Positions 1 through 10,201 of a DNA stretch of 32,000 nt are shown here, piece after piece; position 1 is the stretch's first letter, and every line of letters begins with the position of its first letter. The stretch is from Corynebacterium amycolatum (GTDB taxonomy: Bacteria > Actinomycetota > Actinomycetes > Mycobacteriales > Mycobacteriaceae). The stretch lies in the NCBI RefSeq assembly GCF_049243625.1, contig NZ_CP046975.1; one strand, given 5' to 3'. Made by a program: the position numbers and the translations under genes. A model generated the notes under the pieces. That model had not been told where the DNA came from. It did not search any database and saw nothing but the letters and a program-made list of their open reading frames with translations.

Positions 1-1042
1 CGGTTGTGGATTGCGGTGTCGGAGAATCCGGAACAGTTGAGGTGGCACCAACTGGTGCGCTGGCGGCCTGCATGCTTCCAGCCATCCCCGCAGGCGAAAG
101 GCTGAACTGGCTAGTTCCAGAACGTCCGGCGACTGTGGCTCCAACGGACACCTCGGCGGTCACACCACTTCCCGCATCGGCAGAAACCAGGTTAGGAATT
201 CGGGGAATAGCGGTCTGTAGTTGTGCGGTATACGGACCAGAGAGAAAGGCTGCTACCTCGGCCTGTTCAAAAGCCTTTTGCGCGCCAGGGTTTGGGAGTG
301 CTTTGGACTCGGCTTCGATCGCTGATAGTGCATTGACGGCCATCGCCTTCACAGATGGCAATACGGCAAGGTGCCCGGCCATGACCTCAGATGCGGTGGC
401 GATGCTGGTAGCGCGTGCGGCCAGACCTTTCATTGTTGAGTCCGCAGCAGAGAAGACAGCACCGCTGTTGCTCGACACCAAGCCGGATGAGATGGAGGTT
501 AGATTGCTGGCCAACGTGGTCATAGTGTCGGCGAAGTTATTCCAGTAGGCGATTGCCTCGGCTACGGCACCGTCGTTTGTTGAGGAAAACATGGATAGTA
601 GGGACTTCGCATCGAGACCAAGTTCCGCGGAAAGAGTGACTGGCGCGAAAGTGAGACTTCCAGCTTCAAACATCGGCCGACGCTGAAATACACCGCTTGT
701 GCGCGCTACTTCGGCAAGGGAAGCGCCGTCACCATTGAATGGGTTAATGCTTCGAAGAATCCGATTCATGGTGGACTCGTGCTCAGTGATCACGCGACGG
801 AAGTCAGCGAGATTTGTTTGCGCCCACGTGAGCTGTTTGCCCAGAGACAATCCGATGGCAGCAGAGCTTCCTGAGCTGCCGGAAATTGCGAGACTGTGTT
901 CTGTCGCCACCAGCTGGAGTGACGGAACCTGTGAGTAGCCGGCCAAGTTTGGCTGGATATGGATGGCATTATTTGCCAGCAAATTCGTGGAATGGAACTT
1001 CTGAATTGCAGAGTCGATTGTTGGAATTACGGCATGCATCAT
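1..1042 (-). CDS. Edge-truncated protein (C-terminus lies beyond the window) with a PPE/WXG-like helical region followed by an Ala/Gly/Ser/Pro-rich linker
   Basis: My hand translation of the minus strand gives 347 codons with no stop: MMHAVIPTIDSAIQKF...AEAIAYWNNFADTMTTLASNLTSISSGLVSSNSGAVFSAADSTMKGLAARATSIATASEVMAGHLAVLPSVKAMAVNALSAIEAE...GATSTVPDSPTPQSTT. The ATG at 1042 overlaps the upstream stop (ATGA), and GGGGGAAG lies 4-5 nt upstream. It is absent from the ORF track because it has no in-window stop. The family call is pattern resemblance only. Confidence 0.6.
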   Translation of the reverse strand, partial: MMHAVIPTIDSAIQKFHSTNLLANNAIHIQPNLAGYSQVPSLQLVATEHSLAISGSSGSSAAIGLSLGKQLTWAQTNLADFRRVITEHESTMNRILRSINPFNGDGASLAEVARTSGVFQRRPMFEAGSLTFAPVTLSAELGLDAKSLLSMFSSTNDGAVAEAIAYWNNFADTMTTLASNLTSISSGLVSSNSGAVFSAADSTMKGLAARATSIATASEVMAGHLAVLPSVKAMAVNALSAIEAESKALPNPGAQKAFEQAEVAAFLSGPYTAQLQTAIPRIPNLVSADAGSGVTAEVSVGATVAGRSGTSQFSLSPAGMAGSMQAASAPVGATSTVPDSPTPQSTT

Positions 1043-1692
1043 GATTCTTCCCCCAAATAATCAATTAACAGCTCATTTACTGGAGCGCACAGCCGGTGCT
1101 GTGGGTCAGGGCTATCTTGTCCGGTTGTGTCGATAACGAATCCGAGAGCTCCTTGTTCTGTTTCGACAGAAGCAATACAGGCGGAACTTCCGAGCGGATT
1201 GATTTGAGTGAATGTCACCCAATTGAAAATCCCTTCGTGATGAGCCAAAGGCTCGGCACTGTAGCGTTCGAGTTGTGAGTGAGCGACCGCAGCATGCCAG
1301 ATGCTCAGCAGGCCGGAAGCATCGGATTCAATAACGCAGCCAATCTGTTTATTTCCTTCGATTCGGCCCTCCATGTACGTCTGCTCCCGGAACCCCAGCC
1401 TGTCTAAACGCCCCATAATCGCAGGGTCATCACACGGATTGGTCAGTACGAATTCAGGTGCGTCGTAGTTGTAGTGCCCATCGGGACCAAGTGGAGCATC
1501 ACCGGGCTCCGGCGGATTGTTGGGTGGAAGCACACCCGCAGGTAACGTCACGCCCGAGTCAGTAGTCATGGTTGTCGCATTGTCGCCGACAGGTTGAACG
1601 TCCTCGACGGATGCCTCGGTCGATGCGCAACTAGTCCCCGTTATTCCCCATAGAAGTGCTGACAGTAGGGCGGCAGTAGTCGCCTTTTTCAA
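1039..1692 (-). CDS. Lipoprotein, DUF3558-like
   Basis: This is the frame of track ORF 1039..1854. I prefer the TTG start at 1692 because GGGGAGGG lies 4 nt upstream. The product starts LKKATTAALLSALLWGITGTSC, a signal peptide with a lipobox Cys. An NPCDD motif and conserved Cys residues resemble actinobacterial DUF3558 lipoproteins. The upstream extension to 1854 is Arg-rich and implausible. Confidence 0.65.
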   Translation of the reverse strand: MKKATTAALLSALLWGITGTSCASTEASVEDVQPVGDNATTMTTDSGVTLPAGVLPPNNPPEPGDAPLGPDGHYNYDAPEFVLTNPCDDPAIMGRLDRLGFREQTYMEGRIEGNKQIGCVIESDASGLLSIWHAAVAHSQLERYSAEPLAHHEGIFNWVTFTQINPLGSSACIASVETEQGALGFVIDTTGQDSPDPQHRLCAPVNELLIDYLGEES

Positions 1693-1960
1693 TTTTCCCT
1701 CCCCAAAGAATTTGTGTGAGAAAGATATAACACCGCGGTCGCAATTGCGCTTGCTGAGAAGCCGAAAAATAGACCGGCTGTGGATAACTTTTAGGGGGTG
1801 TGGACAACGCGGTCGCCGTGCAAAACGACGCCTCTGCGTAGCCACCACCTGCACCTTTGGGGTGCGTTCCCCGGGACGTCGTTAAGCGTTGGTGGACAGC
1901 ATGGGTGTAATAACCGAAGTAATCCGAACGATTGGTTAGACTATGAGGCGCATTACAAAA

Positions 1961-3779
<1,819 letters not shown>

Positions 3780-3804
3780 TTGGTTGTCTCAAAGCTGCTG
3801 AAGC

Positions 3805-3848
3805 AAACCGCGGTCGAGCTCTATTGGGCTTGGCCGCGGTTTTCTTTT
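3805..3848 (+). terminator. Rho-independent terminator after thiC
   Basis: The stem is AAACCGCGG (3805-3813) paired with CCGCGGTTT (3834-3842), followed by TTTTCTTTT. Confidence 0.7.
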
Positions 3849-3958
3849 GCCCTCAGCCATTTCTTCCAATCCCAGCGCTGAGACTCAAACGGGGGTGGAT
3901 AAGGCGCGCCTTAATAAATAGGTTAGGTGAGCCTAATATACAGGTGTACATTGCTTGT

Positions 3959-5143
3959 ATGCACAGTCTGAAGTTCCTGACTTTCGATCATTCCCACCGC
4001 CATCTTGCGGATGCTCACGAAACTCGCCTTTCGTCCGGCTCCGAATCATCGCCCGTTGGAGAAGGCAAGCGTCGACCGGTGAGGCAGAGTGCGCGCAGAG
4101 GTGTTACTGCGGTTTCGCTGTCCGGCGCCATGGTCCTTTCGGTGTTTGTGTCCCCAGCAATGGCTGAAACTGCGAAGCCAATCGTGCCAGACAACTTTCC
4201 CAATGTGATTAATCCAGCGGAGAACTTCCAGCCGCAGGATCCGAAGTATGTCGAATCCCCGGAAGTTACTGTCACTTTTGAGGACGGCACACCAGCTGAA
4301 GGTGCCACGGTTCATCGCGGCGATGTTCTTATCGTTCGCGGTAGTGGTTTCAATCCGTCGGCCAACCGTGGTGGTTACCCGCTTCCAATTCCTCCGGGTG
4401 TGCCCAATGGTGTTTACGTTCTCTACAGTGCGTTCCCAGACTCCTGGAAGCCAAGTGAAGGTGCTCCGTCCTCGTCGCGGAAACATCCGCACGACAACAT
4501 TGCTTGGGTCACTCCGGTTGGAACTCTCGAGGCAATACCGAACCAGGGCGTCGACATGCGACGTTCTATCGCTCGTCAGGCTACCCCGATGGCGGATGAC
4601 GGCAGTTTTGAGGCCCGCATTGTTGTTGACCCGCCGGAGACTCCTGCCGGTGATAACTGGGGTATTTACGTCTACCCGGCGGCAGGCTCCATTAATGAGG
4701 CCGAGGAAATCTACATCCCGTTGAATTATTCCGATGCTCCGGGCAAGAATGCCCCGGCTCCCTCCAGCGAGGATTTAGTCATTTCTGTGTCTGCGCTGGA
4801 GAAGGTATTCGGCGCACTGGGTGGTGGGGTCACTGCCAAGAATGGTGCCCTAGAGCCTGAGGCCGGTGTTGTCTCATTTACCCGCGACAATGACAACAGC
4901 GATGCCGAAGGGGAGAGCTACCGCGGAGAAGTTCACATCACCGCGAAGTTCAGTCTGGTTCATGTGGTCGTCCGTAATCCACGCATTGAGGAAGGCCCGA
5001 CCGGAAAGATTATTACCGCAGAGGTCTCGCAGGGCTACGACGTCGGCCCGGATGAGATGGAGCGCATGCCCATAGCCGCTGTGGTCAACAGCGATGGAGA
5101 TCAGCTGATCACGACTATCGGCACTATTTCACAGATTCGATAG
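3959..5143 (+). CDS. Secreted protein of unknown function with a possible HtaA-like C-terminal segment
   Basis: This is the frame of track ORF 3824..5143, whose 5' part overlaps the thiC terminator, so I prefer ATG 3959. GTG 4079 is an alternative start. The signal peptide is RRGVTAVSLSGAMVLSVFVSPAMA/ETA. The C-terminal segment YRGEVHITAKFSLVHVVVRNPRIEEGPTGKIITAEVS resembles the end of HtaA domains, from memory. Confidence 0.6.
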   Translation: MHSLKFLTFDHSHRHLADAHETRLSSGSESSPVGEGKRRPVRQSARRGVTAVSLSGAMVLSVFVSPAMAETAKPIVPDNFPNVINPAENFQPQDPKYVESPEVTVTFEDGTPAEGATVHRGDVLIVRGSGFNPSANRGGYPLPIPPGVPNGVYVLYSAFPDSWKPSEGAPSSSRKHPHDNIAWVTPVGTLEAIPNQGVDMRRSIARQATPMADDGSFEARIVVDPPETPAGDNWGIYVYPAAGSINEAEEIYIPLNYSDAPGKNAPAPSSEDLVISVSALEKVFGALGGGVTAKNGALEPEAGVVSFTRDNDNSDAEGESYRGEVHITAKFSLVHVVVRNPRIEEGPTGKIITAEVSQGYDVGPDEMERMPIAAVVNSDGDQLITTIGTISQIR

Positions 5144-5281
5144 TCCTCCGGCCATCACGGCCGCCAACTGTCGTCCTCCTGGCACTTTGTTCAAAGTAAG
5201 CCGTTATACCTTGTGGGTTCTTGCGGGTTGTAACCACTGCCGTATTGGAATCACTACATTAGATAGAGGCGCTTACCAGCG

Positions 5282-6799
5282 ATGAGGAGGAACGTGGGAC
5301 GGCATAGTCGGGCAGAAGGACCTGTGTCACAGGATGGAGCATCGTCACAGGCTGCGGAGTCGCAACGTGCTGTTGCGAAGTCTCGGTCACAGGTCTTGCG
5401 AAAAATGTGGGCTCGCAAACCCAGTCAGGCCCCCGCGCTGGCGCAATCGCCTGTGATGAGCTGGCCTCTTATTCTGGTCTCGCTGCTCGGTGGTCTTGCC
5501 TCGCTGTTGGCCTGGAATGGTCGTACTCAGCCGGACGATTGGGCTTCGCTCTGGGTAGGCGGGCTACTTATGGACAGGGGGCTTGCGTCCCATCTCTATG
5601 ACGCCGATCCAATCGATTTCACCGCCATGAGTGGAGAGGTCTGGCCACGCCTGGCGCAGGAAGTGCCTGCGCCATTTACGCATCCCTTTGTGCAAAACCC
5701 TTTGTTCGCAAAGGCTCTGGGAGCGATATCCCACGTCATGAGCTTTGAAACCTCGGTTGCTTGGTTGCTCTTTCTCTCTGGAATGGCCGTCGTGGTCCTC
5801 GTCGCAGCCTCCTACCACCTGTGGTTTCGGTCCACCATGCCCTGGGGCATCGCAGCGCTGGTTACCGCATGCGTATTCGCTCTGCCGACCACTCTTAATT
5901 CGTTCTGGATCGGTCAGACGACACCGCTGATTGTCGCGGGCGTCGCCTATGGTCTTGCTGCCTCGCGCACTCGTCATTGGCTCGCGGGCATCCTGCTCGG
6001 CATCGTCGCATCCATTAAATTGACTCCGTATGCGCTCATCGCTGTGATGCTCTTTTTCGCTTATCGACGGCGCGCAGCCCTCTGGTCGCTGGCCACCACG
6101 GCGGTACTGGCGGTCTGGATGTTTATCCGCGTTGATATGTCGGTGATTTCGGATTGGATTGATCGAATCGGCGACATTGGTTCATCGGTCTTGGTCGGCG
6201 GTGCGAATCAGTCGTTGGCGTCGACTTTAGCCACAGACCTGGGCAAACCTGATTTATTAGTAACAGTGGTTCGTGATTACCCGAGTCACGTGAAAACGAT
6301 TCCACTGTGTATTGCGCTTGGCGTGGTGTTGATGGTCACGGCAGTTGCGTGGTTGAACCCGGTCTACCGGTTTGAATTTCTGATCACGGGCGCTTGGCTT
6401 ATTGCAGCCACATTCTCATCGATTCTTTGGACCCACTACATGTTGATGCTGGTCACATCTGTGTTCGGTTTGGCCGCCATGGCGCGGACCCGATTGACCA
6501 GACAGTGGCCGTATATCGGTATTGCGTTGCTAGTGGTCCTGCTGACGTTTCCTGTGACAAACCCGATTGCTGCTACGCCATATACCGGCGGATTTATGTA
6601 TTCGGGGATTACTGCGATGCTCTTGACGCTGGCATTGATGCTAGTTATTGGTGGCTGCCACGCGTTTGCGGTACATCGGTATGGCGATGGTGATACAGGC
6701 GAGGTTGGACCTGGTTTTGGCAGTGAATTAGCTGCCGTGGAGACGTTGAAATTTCCTCAGCCAGAGCCAATGGTCTTATTCGACTTGAGGAAGCGCTAG
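5282..6799 (+). CDS. Polytopic membrane glycosyltransferase, GT-C fold (GT87/DUF2029-like mannosyltransferase family)
   Basis: The 505-aa product has about 11 or more hydrophobic helices. An acidic first-loop motif (HLYDADPIDF) and IKLTPYALI are typical of polyprenyl-phosphate-sugar-dependent GT-C enzymes. The start is uncertain among 5282, 5405 and 5456. Confidence 0.6.
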   Translation: MRRNVGRHSRAEGPVSQDGASSQAAESQRAVAKSRSQVLRKMWARKPSQAPALAQSPVMSWPLILVSLLGGLASLLAWNGRTQPDDWASLWVGGLLMDRGLASHLYDADPIDFTAMSGEVWPRLAQEVPAPFTHPFVQNPLFAKALGAISHVMSFETSVAWLLFLSGMAVVVLVAASYHLWFRSTMPWGIAALVTACVFALPTTLNSFWIGQTTPLIVAGVAYGLAASRTRHWLAGILLGIVASIKLTPYALIAVMLFFAYRRRAALWSLATTAVLAVWMFIRVDMSVISDWIDRIGDIGSSVLVGGANQSLASTLATDLGKPDLLVTVVRDYPSHVKTIPLCIALGVVLMVTAVAWLNPVYRFEFLITGAWLIAATFSSILWTHYMLMLVTSVFGLAAMARTRLTRQWPYIGIALLVVLLTFPVTNPIAATPYTGGFMYSGITAMLLTLALMLVIGGCHAFAVHRYGDGDTGEVGPGFGSELAAVETLKFPQPEPMVLFDLRKR

Positions 6800-6801
6800 A
6801 T

Positions 6802-6999
6802 TTAGCGGCTCAGCATAGAGACGATGTCACGGGGAGACATGTCGCTGTAGATCTCATTCCGGGTGCTCTTAACCTGGTGGCCGAAGTGGACTGCGTTAGC
6901 GTCACTGCTGGTGTCGCGGGTAAGAGCTTCGCGTAGCGGCTGAGAGAAGAAGGCGCGCTTGGTAGTGAAAGAACGGGGGAACAGGTTTTCAAGGCTCAC
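6802..6999 (-). CDS. Small hypothetical protein (65 aa)
   Basis: The GTG start at 6999 has AGAAAGGG 8 nt upstream. Codon choice (CGT, TTC, AAC, ACC, AAG, CTT) resembles well-expressed genes elsewhere in this window. I recognise no family. Confidence 0.45.
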   Translation of the reverse strand: MSLENLFPRSFTTKRAFFSQPLREALTRDTSSDANAVHFGHQVKSTRNEIYSDMSPRDIVSMLSR

Positions 7000-7263
7000 G
7001 GTATAAACCCTTTCTGTGGTCGGAATCCGGTCGGGACTCCGGTTTGAGAGTTTCTGTATTCAAACGGTTTTCTTTGATGCGGTTGCCACTATATGTCTGA
7101 ATATGCCCGATATCGAGTTAAAACGGGCAAAAGTGACTAAGTGGATACCGTTCCCAACATGAAAGCTGCATCACACTGTGGACCGGCTTAATGCTCGGTT
7201 ACGGTCAGTTGTGGGCTCCAATACAATGAAATGCGGAATCAAATGTGAAGTAGGAGTTTGGTT

Positions 7264-8646
7264 ATGGCTATTTCTTCGGCACCCACCACTGAGTCCCCGG
7301 ATTCGGCGGATACCTCGGACGCGGCATCGCGCAGCGTTCCGGCGGCAGCGCTCAGTCACGTTGAGGATTTAATAGATTTTGTGACTGCGTCGCCAAGCTC
7401 ATTTCATGCGGCACAACAGGTCGTTGACCGTCTGAGTGCAGCCGGTGCCACGGTCGTCGACGAGCACGAACAGTGGCCAAGCGAACCCGGTGCCTATGTC
7501 CTGCGTCGCGATGGCGCTGCCGTTGCTTGGATCGTCCCGGAGACACCAGCTGCCGATTTGACCGGTTTCCGTATTGTGGGTTCCCACACGGATTCGCCCG
7601 GTTTTCGTGTGAAGCCCAATGCGCGCGCCTCGGCCGCAGGCTATGCGCAGGTCGCCGTCGAGGTCTACGGCGGCGCGTTGTTGGGAAGCTGGACCGACCG
7701 CGAAATTGAGTTCGCTGGCCGTGTAATTGATAAAAGCGGCAATGAGCACCTTGCCCGCACCGGTCCGGTCGCACGCATCCCGCAGTTGGCTATCCACCTC
7801 AATCGTGCGGTTAACGAAGAGGGGTTGAAGCTTCACAAGCAGAATCACACTGCACCAATCATCGGACTGGATACCTTCGGCACCGATGTGCACCAGATCA
7901 TCGCCAATGCTGCGGGCCTGTCTATCGACGACATCGTCGCCTGGGACCTCATTTCCTTCGACACTCAGCAGCCGCGCACCTTCGGTGCTCACGATGAGTT
8001 CCTGGCTTCAGGCCGGCTGGACAATCTGCTCAGTGTTCACTCCTCCCTGGTCGCCTTCGAGGCCTTGCTCCGCCAAGACTGGAGCACGTCAACCACTATC
8101 CCCGTCATGGTCGCTTTTGACCACGAGGAAGTCGGGTCCGCCTCCACCACGGGCGCTGCAGGGCCACTGCTTGCCGACGTTCTGTCCCGCATCGCAGCGG
8201 CCACAGGCGCTGACCTGGAACGCACCCAGCAGCTTTACCGCGGTTCCATCTGTCTCTCTGCCGACGGCGCACACGGTGTGCACCCGAACTATGCAGGTGA
8301 ACACGAGCCGGGGCACCAGCCGGAACTCAATGCTGGCCCAGTGGTGAAGATCAATGCCAACCAGCGCTATGCCACCACGGCGGCTGGTCAGGCCGAGGTT
8401 GTCCGAATTGCAGCGGAAACCTCCAAGCGCATTGGTCAGGAAGTGCCGGTGCAGTATTTTGTCTCTGCGAACCATAAGCCATGCGGCTCCACTATCGGCC
8501 CAATCACCGCAACGCGACTGGGTATTGACACCATTGATATCGGAGCTGCGATGGTCTCCATGCACTCGGCGCGTGAGATGTGCGGCACGATTGATCCATG
8601 GTGGTTGGCCGAACTCACCGTGGATTTTTGGGGTGCCGGAAACTAG
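7264..8646 (+). CDS. M18 family aminopeptidase
   Basis: The motifs GSHTDSPGFRVKP, RLDNLLS, FDHEEVGS, DGAHGVHPNY and SMHSARE are present. AGGAG at 7252-7256 favours ATG 7264 over the track's TTG 7258. Confidence 0.85.
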   Translation: MAISSAPTTESPDSADTSDAASRSVPAAALSHVEDLIDFVTASPSSFHAAQQVVDRLSAAGATVVDEHEQWPSEPGAYVLRRDGAAVAWIVPETPAADLTGFRIVGSHTDSPGFRVKPNARASAAGYAQVAVEVYGGALLGSWTDREIEFAGRVIDKSGNEHLARTGPVARIPQLAIHLNRAVNEEGLKLHKQNHTAPIIGLDTFGTDVHQIIANAAGLSIDDIVAWDLISFDTQQPRTFGAHDEFLASGRLDNLLSVHSSLVAFEALLRQDWSTSTTIPVMVAFDHEEVGSASTTGAAGPLLADVLSRIAAATGADLERTQQLYRGSICLSADGAHGVHPNYAGEHEPGHQPELNAGPVVKINANQRYATTAAGQAEVVRIAAETSKRIGQEVPVQYFVSANHKPCGSTIGPITATRLGIDTIDIGAAMVSMHSAREMCGTIDPWWLAELTVDFWGAGN

Positions 8647-8781
8647 CAGCTCGCTGGCAGCGCTTAAGTCACCTCTAGCAGGGGAGATGTCGGGGCGCTG
8701 TGGCCGTCGTGAAGCGAAAATGGGTGAGGGAATTTCCGTAGCTGCTCGTCGTGGAGTCCATTTTCTGTCATGCTATGAACC

Positions 8782-10197
8782 ATGACTGATGCTAACGACA
8801 CCCTGCCGTCGCACCGCCTTGAAGTACCCATCGAAGAGGCGGTGGCATGGCGTCGCCAACTGCACCAGAATCCGGAGCTGAGCTTCCGGGAGTACCGGAC
8901 CTCGGACATGATTGAGGATCTGCTCAATCAGTGGGACATCCCGACGTACCGGTTGACCCCGACGTCCGTAATTGGCGTCATCGAGGGCACAGCAGGCGAC
9001 CCCAGCACGGGCCGTGTGATCGGCTACCGCGCGGATATTGATGCGCTGCCGATTCAGGAGGAAACGGGACTGCCGTACGCCTCGCGCACGCCGGGTGTGA
9101 TGCACGCCTGTGGTCATGATGTTCACACGGCGATGCTGCTGGGCACTGCGAAGGTGCTTTCCGGAATGCGCGATCAGCTGCACGGCAAGGTGCTGTGCAT
9201 CTTCCAGCACGCCGAAGAAATGCTGCCGGGCGGGGCTCGTGAGCTGGTCGACAAGGGCGCCGCCGATGACTTAGATGAGGTCTATGCCTTCCACGTCGCG
9301 CCGCATCCGGTGGGGCATGTTGGGATTTGCGCTGGGCGAGTGACAACTATGTCGGGCATCGTCTCCATCGCGATTCGTGGCCGTGGCGGACACTCCTCGA
9401 ACCCGCAGCTGTCGATTGACCCGGTGCTCATCGCCAGCGAGGTGACTCTGATGCTGAACACGATTGTCTCCCGCGATGTGGATCCGAAGCACATGAACAT
9501 TGTCAATGTCGGCTCACTGCATTCAGGTGAGGCCGGCAACGTGATTCCGGATACGGCCAACCTGGAAGTGTCCATCCGCTCGGTGGATGAGGCCGACTGG
9601 GAGATTGTCTGCCAGCGTATCGAGGCCGTCGTCAACGGCGTCTGCCAGGCTCACGGTGCACAGGCGACTTTCGACTGGCAGATTCCGTACCCGATGGTGG
9701 TCAACGCCGACATTGCGGTCAATCGTGCTTGGCATGCGGCGACGAAGGCGGTTGGCAAGTCCAAGGTGTTCGCTGCCGATCCGTGGGCTCCTTCGGATGA
9801 TTTCTCGTATTTTTCCCGTGAAGCGCCGGGCTGTTACATGTTCCTCGGCACCGGTGGCCCGGAAGCGGGTAATCCCTTCTTTCTTCACAACTCCAAGTTT
9901 AAAATTGTGGAGAGAGCCATGGTCAGCGGCATGCGCACGGAAATCCAAATCGCGCTAGATGCACTGAACCCGTCGAAGAGCCAACCGCCGGAGCGCCCTG
10001 TCGCATCTCCGATCATGCCCGCAGCAGGTACCGTGCCTCCACGGCCGCGGAATGCAGGCCTTGGCACGCCGAAGTCGCATGCGGGCCAGGCGCGGGCGTC
10101 GTCAAGCGAATCGGCGGGGGAGACCTCACCGACCCCTGAGGCTGCGACGGCACCAGATAATTCCAATCAGCCTCAGGCACCTAGAGAGGATGCATAG
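8782..10197 (+). CDS. M20D-family amidohydrolase (N-acyl-amino-acid or hippurate hydrolase-like) with a Pro-rich C-terminal tail
   Basis: It carries the metal-binding motif MHACGHDVHTAMLLG, and FQHAEE, GGHSS and FLHNSKF are typical of the M20D family. The last ~80 aa (from about 9961) are low-complexity and Pro/Ser/Ala-rich. Confidence 0.85.
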   Translation: MTDANDTLPSHRLEVPIEEAVAWRRQLHQNPELSFREYRTSDMIEDLLNQWDIPTYRLTPTSVIGVIEGTAGDPSTGRVIGYRADIDALPIQEETGLPYASRTPGVMHACGHDVHTAMLLGTAKVLSGMRDQLHGKVLCIFQHAEEMLPGGARELVDKGAADDLDEVYAFHVAPHPVGHVGICAGRVTTMSGIVSIAIRGRGGHSSNPQLSIDPVLIASEVTLMLNTIVSRDVDPKHMNIVNVGSLHSGEAGNVIPDTANLEVSIRSVDEADWEIVCQRIEAVVNGVCQAHGAQATFDWQIPYPMVVNADIAVNRAWHAATKAVGKSKVFAADPWAPSDDFSYFSREAPGCYMFLGTGGPEAGNPFFLHNSKFKIVERAMVSGMRTEIQIALDALNPSKSQPPERPVASPIMPAAGTVPPRPRNAGLGTPKSHAGQARASSSESAGETSPTPEAATAPDNSNQPQAPREDA

Positions 10198-10201
10198 GAC
10201 A

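Noticed and set aside
6-548. 180-aa plus-strand ORF at the left edge
   Set aside because: It lies antisense to the longer, better-supported minus-strand frame (1..1042). Its composition (Ala/Cys/Pro-rich, with no SD) is typical of a high-GC shadow ORF.
10052-10201. Upstream extension of the GH13 ORF (MQALARRSRMRARRGRRQ...)
   Set aside because: It is an Arg-rich out-of-frame reading of the M20 tail region. ATG 10202 right after the upstream stop gives a normal GH13 N-terminus.
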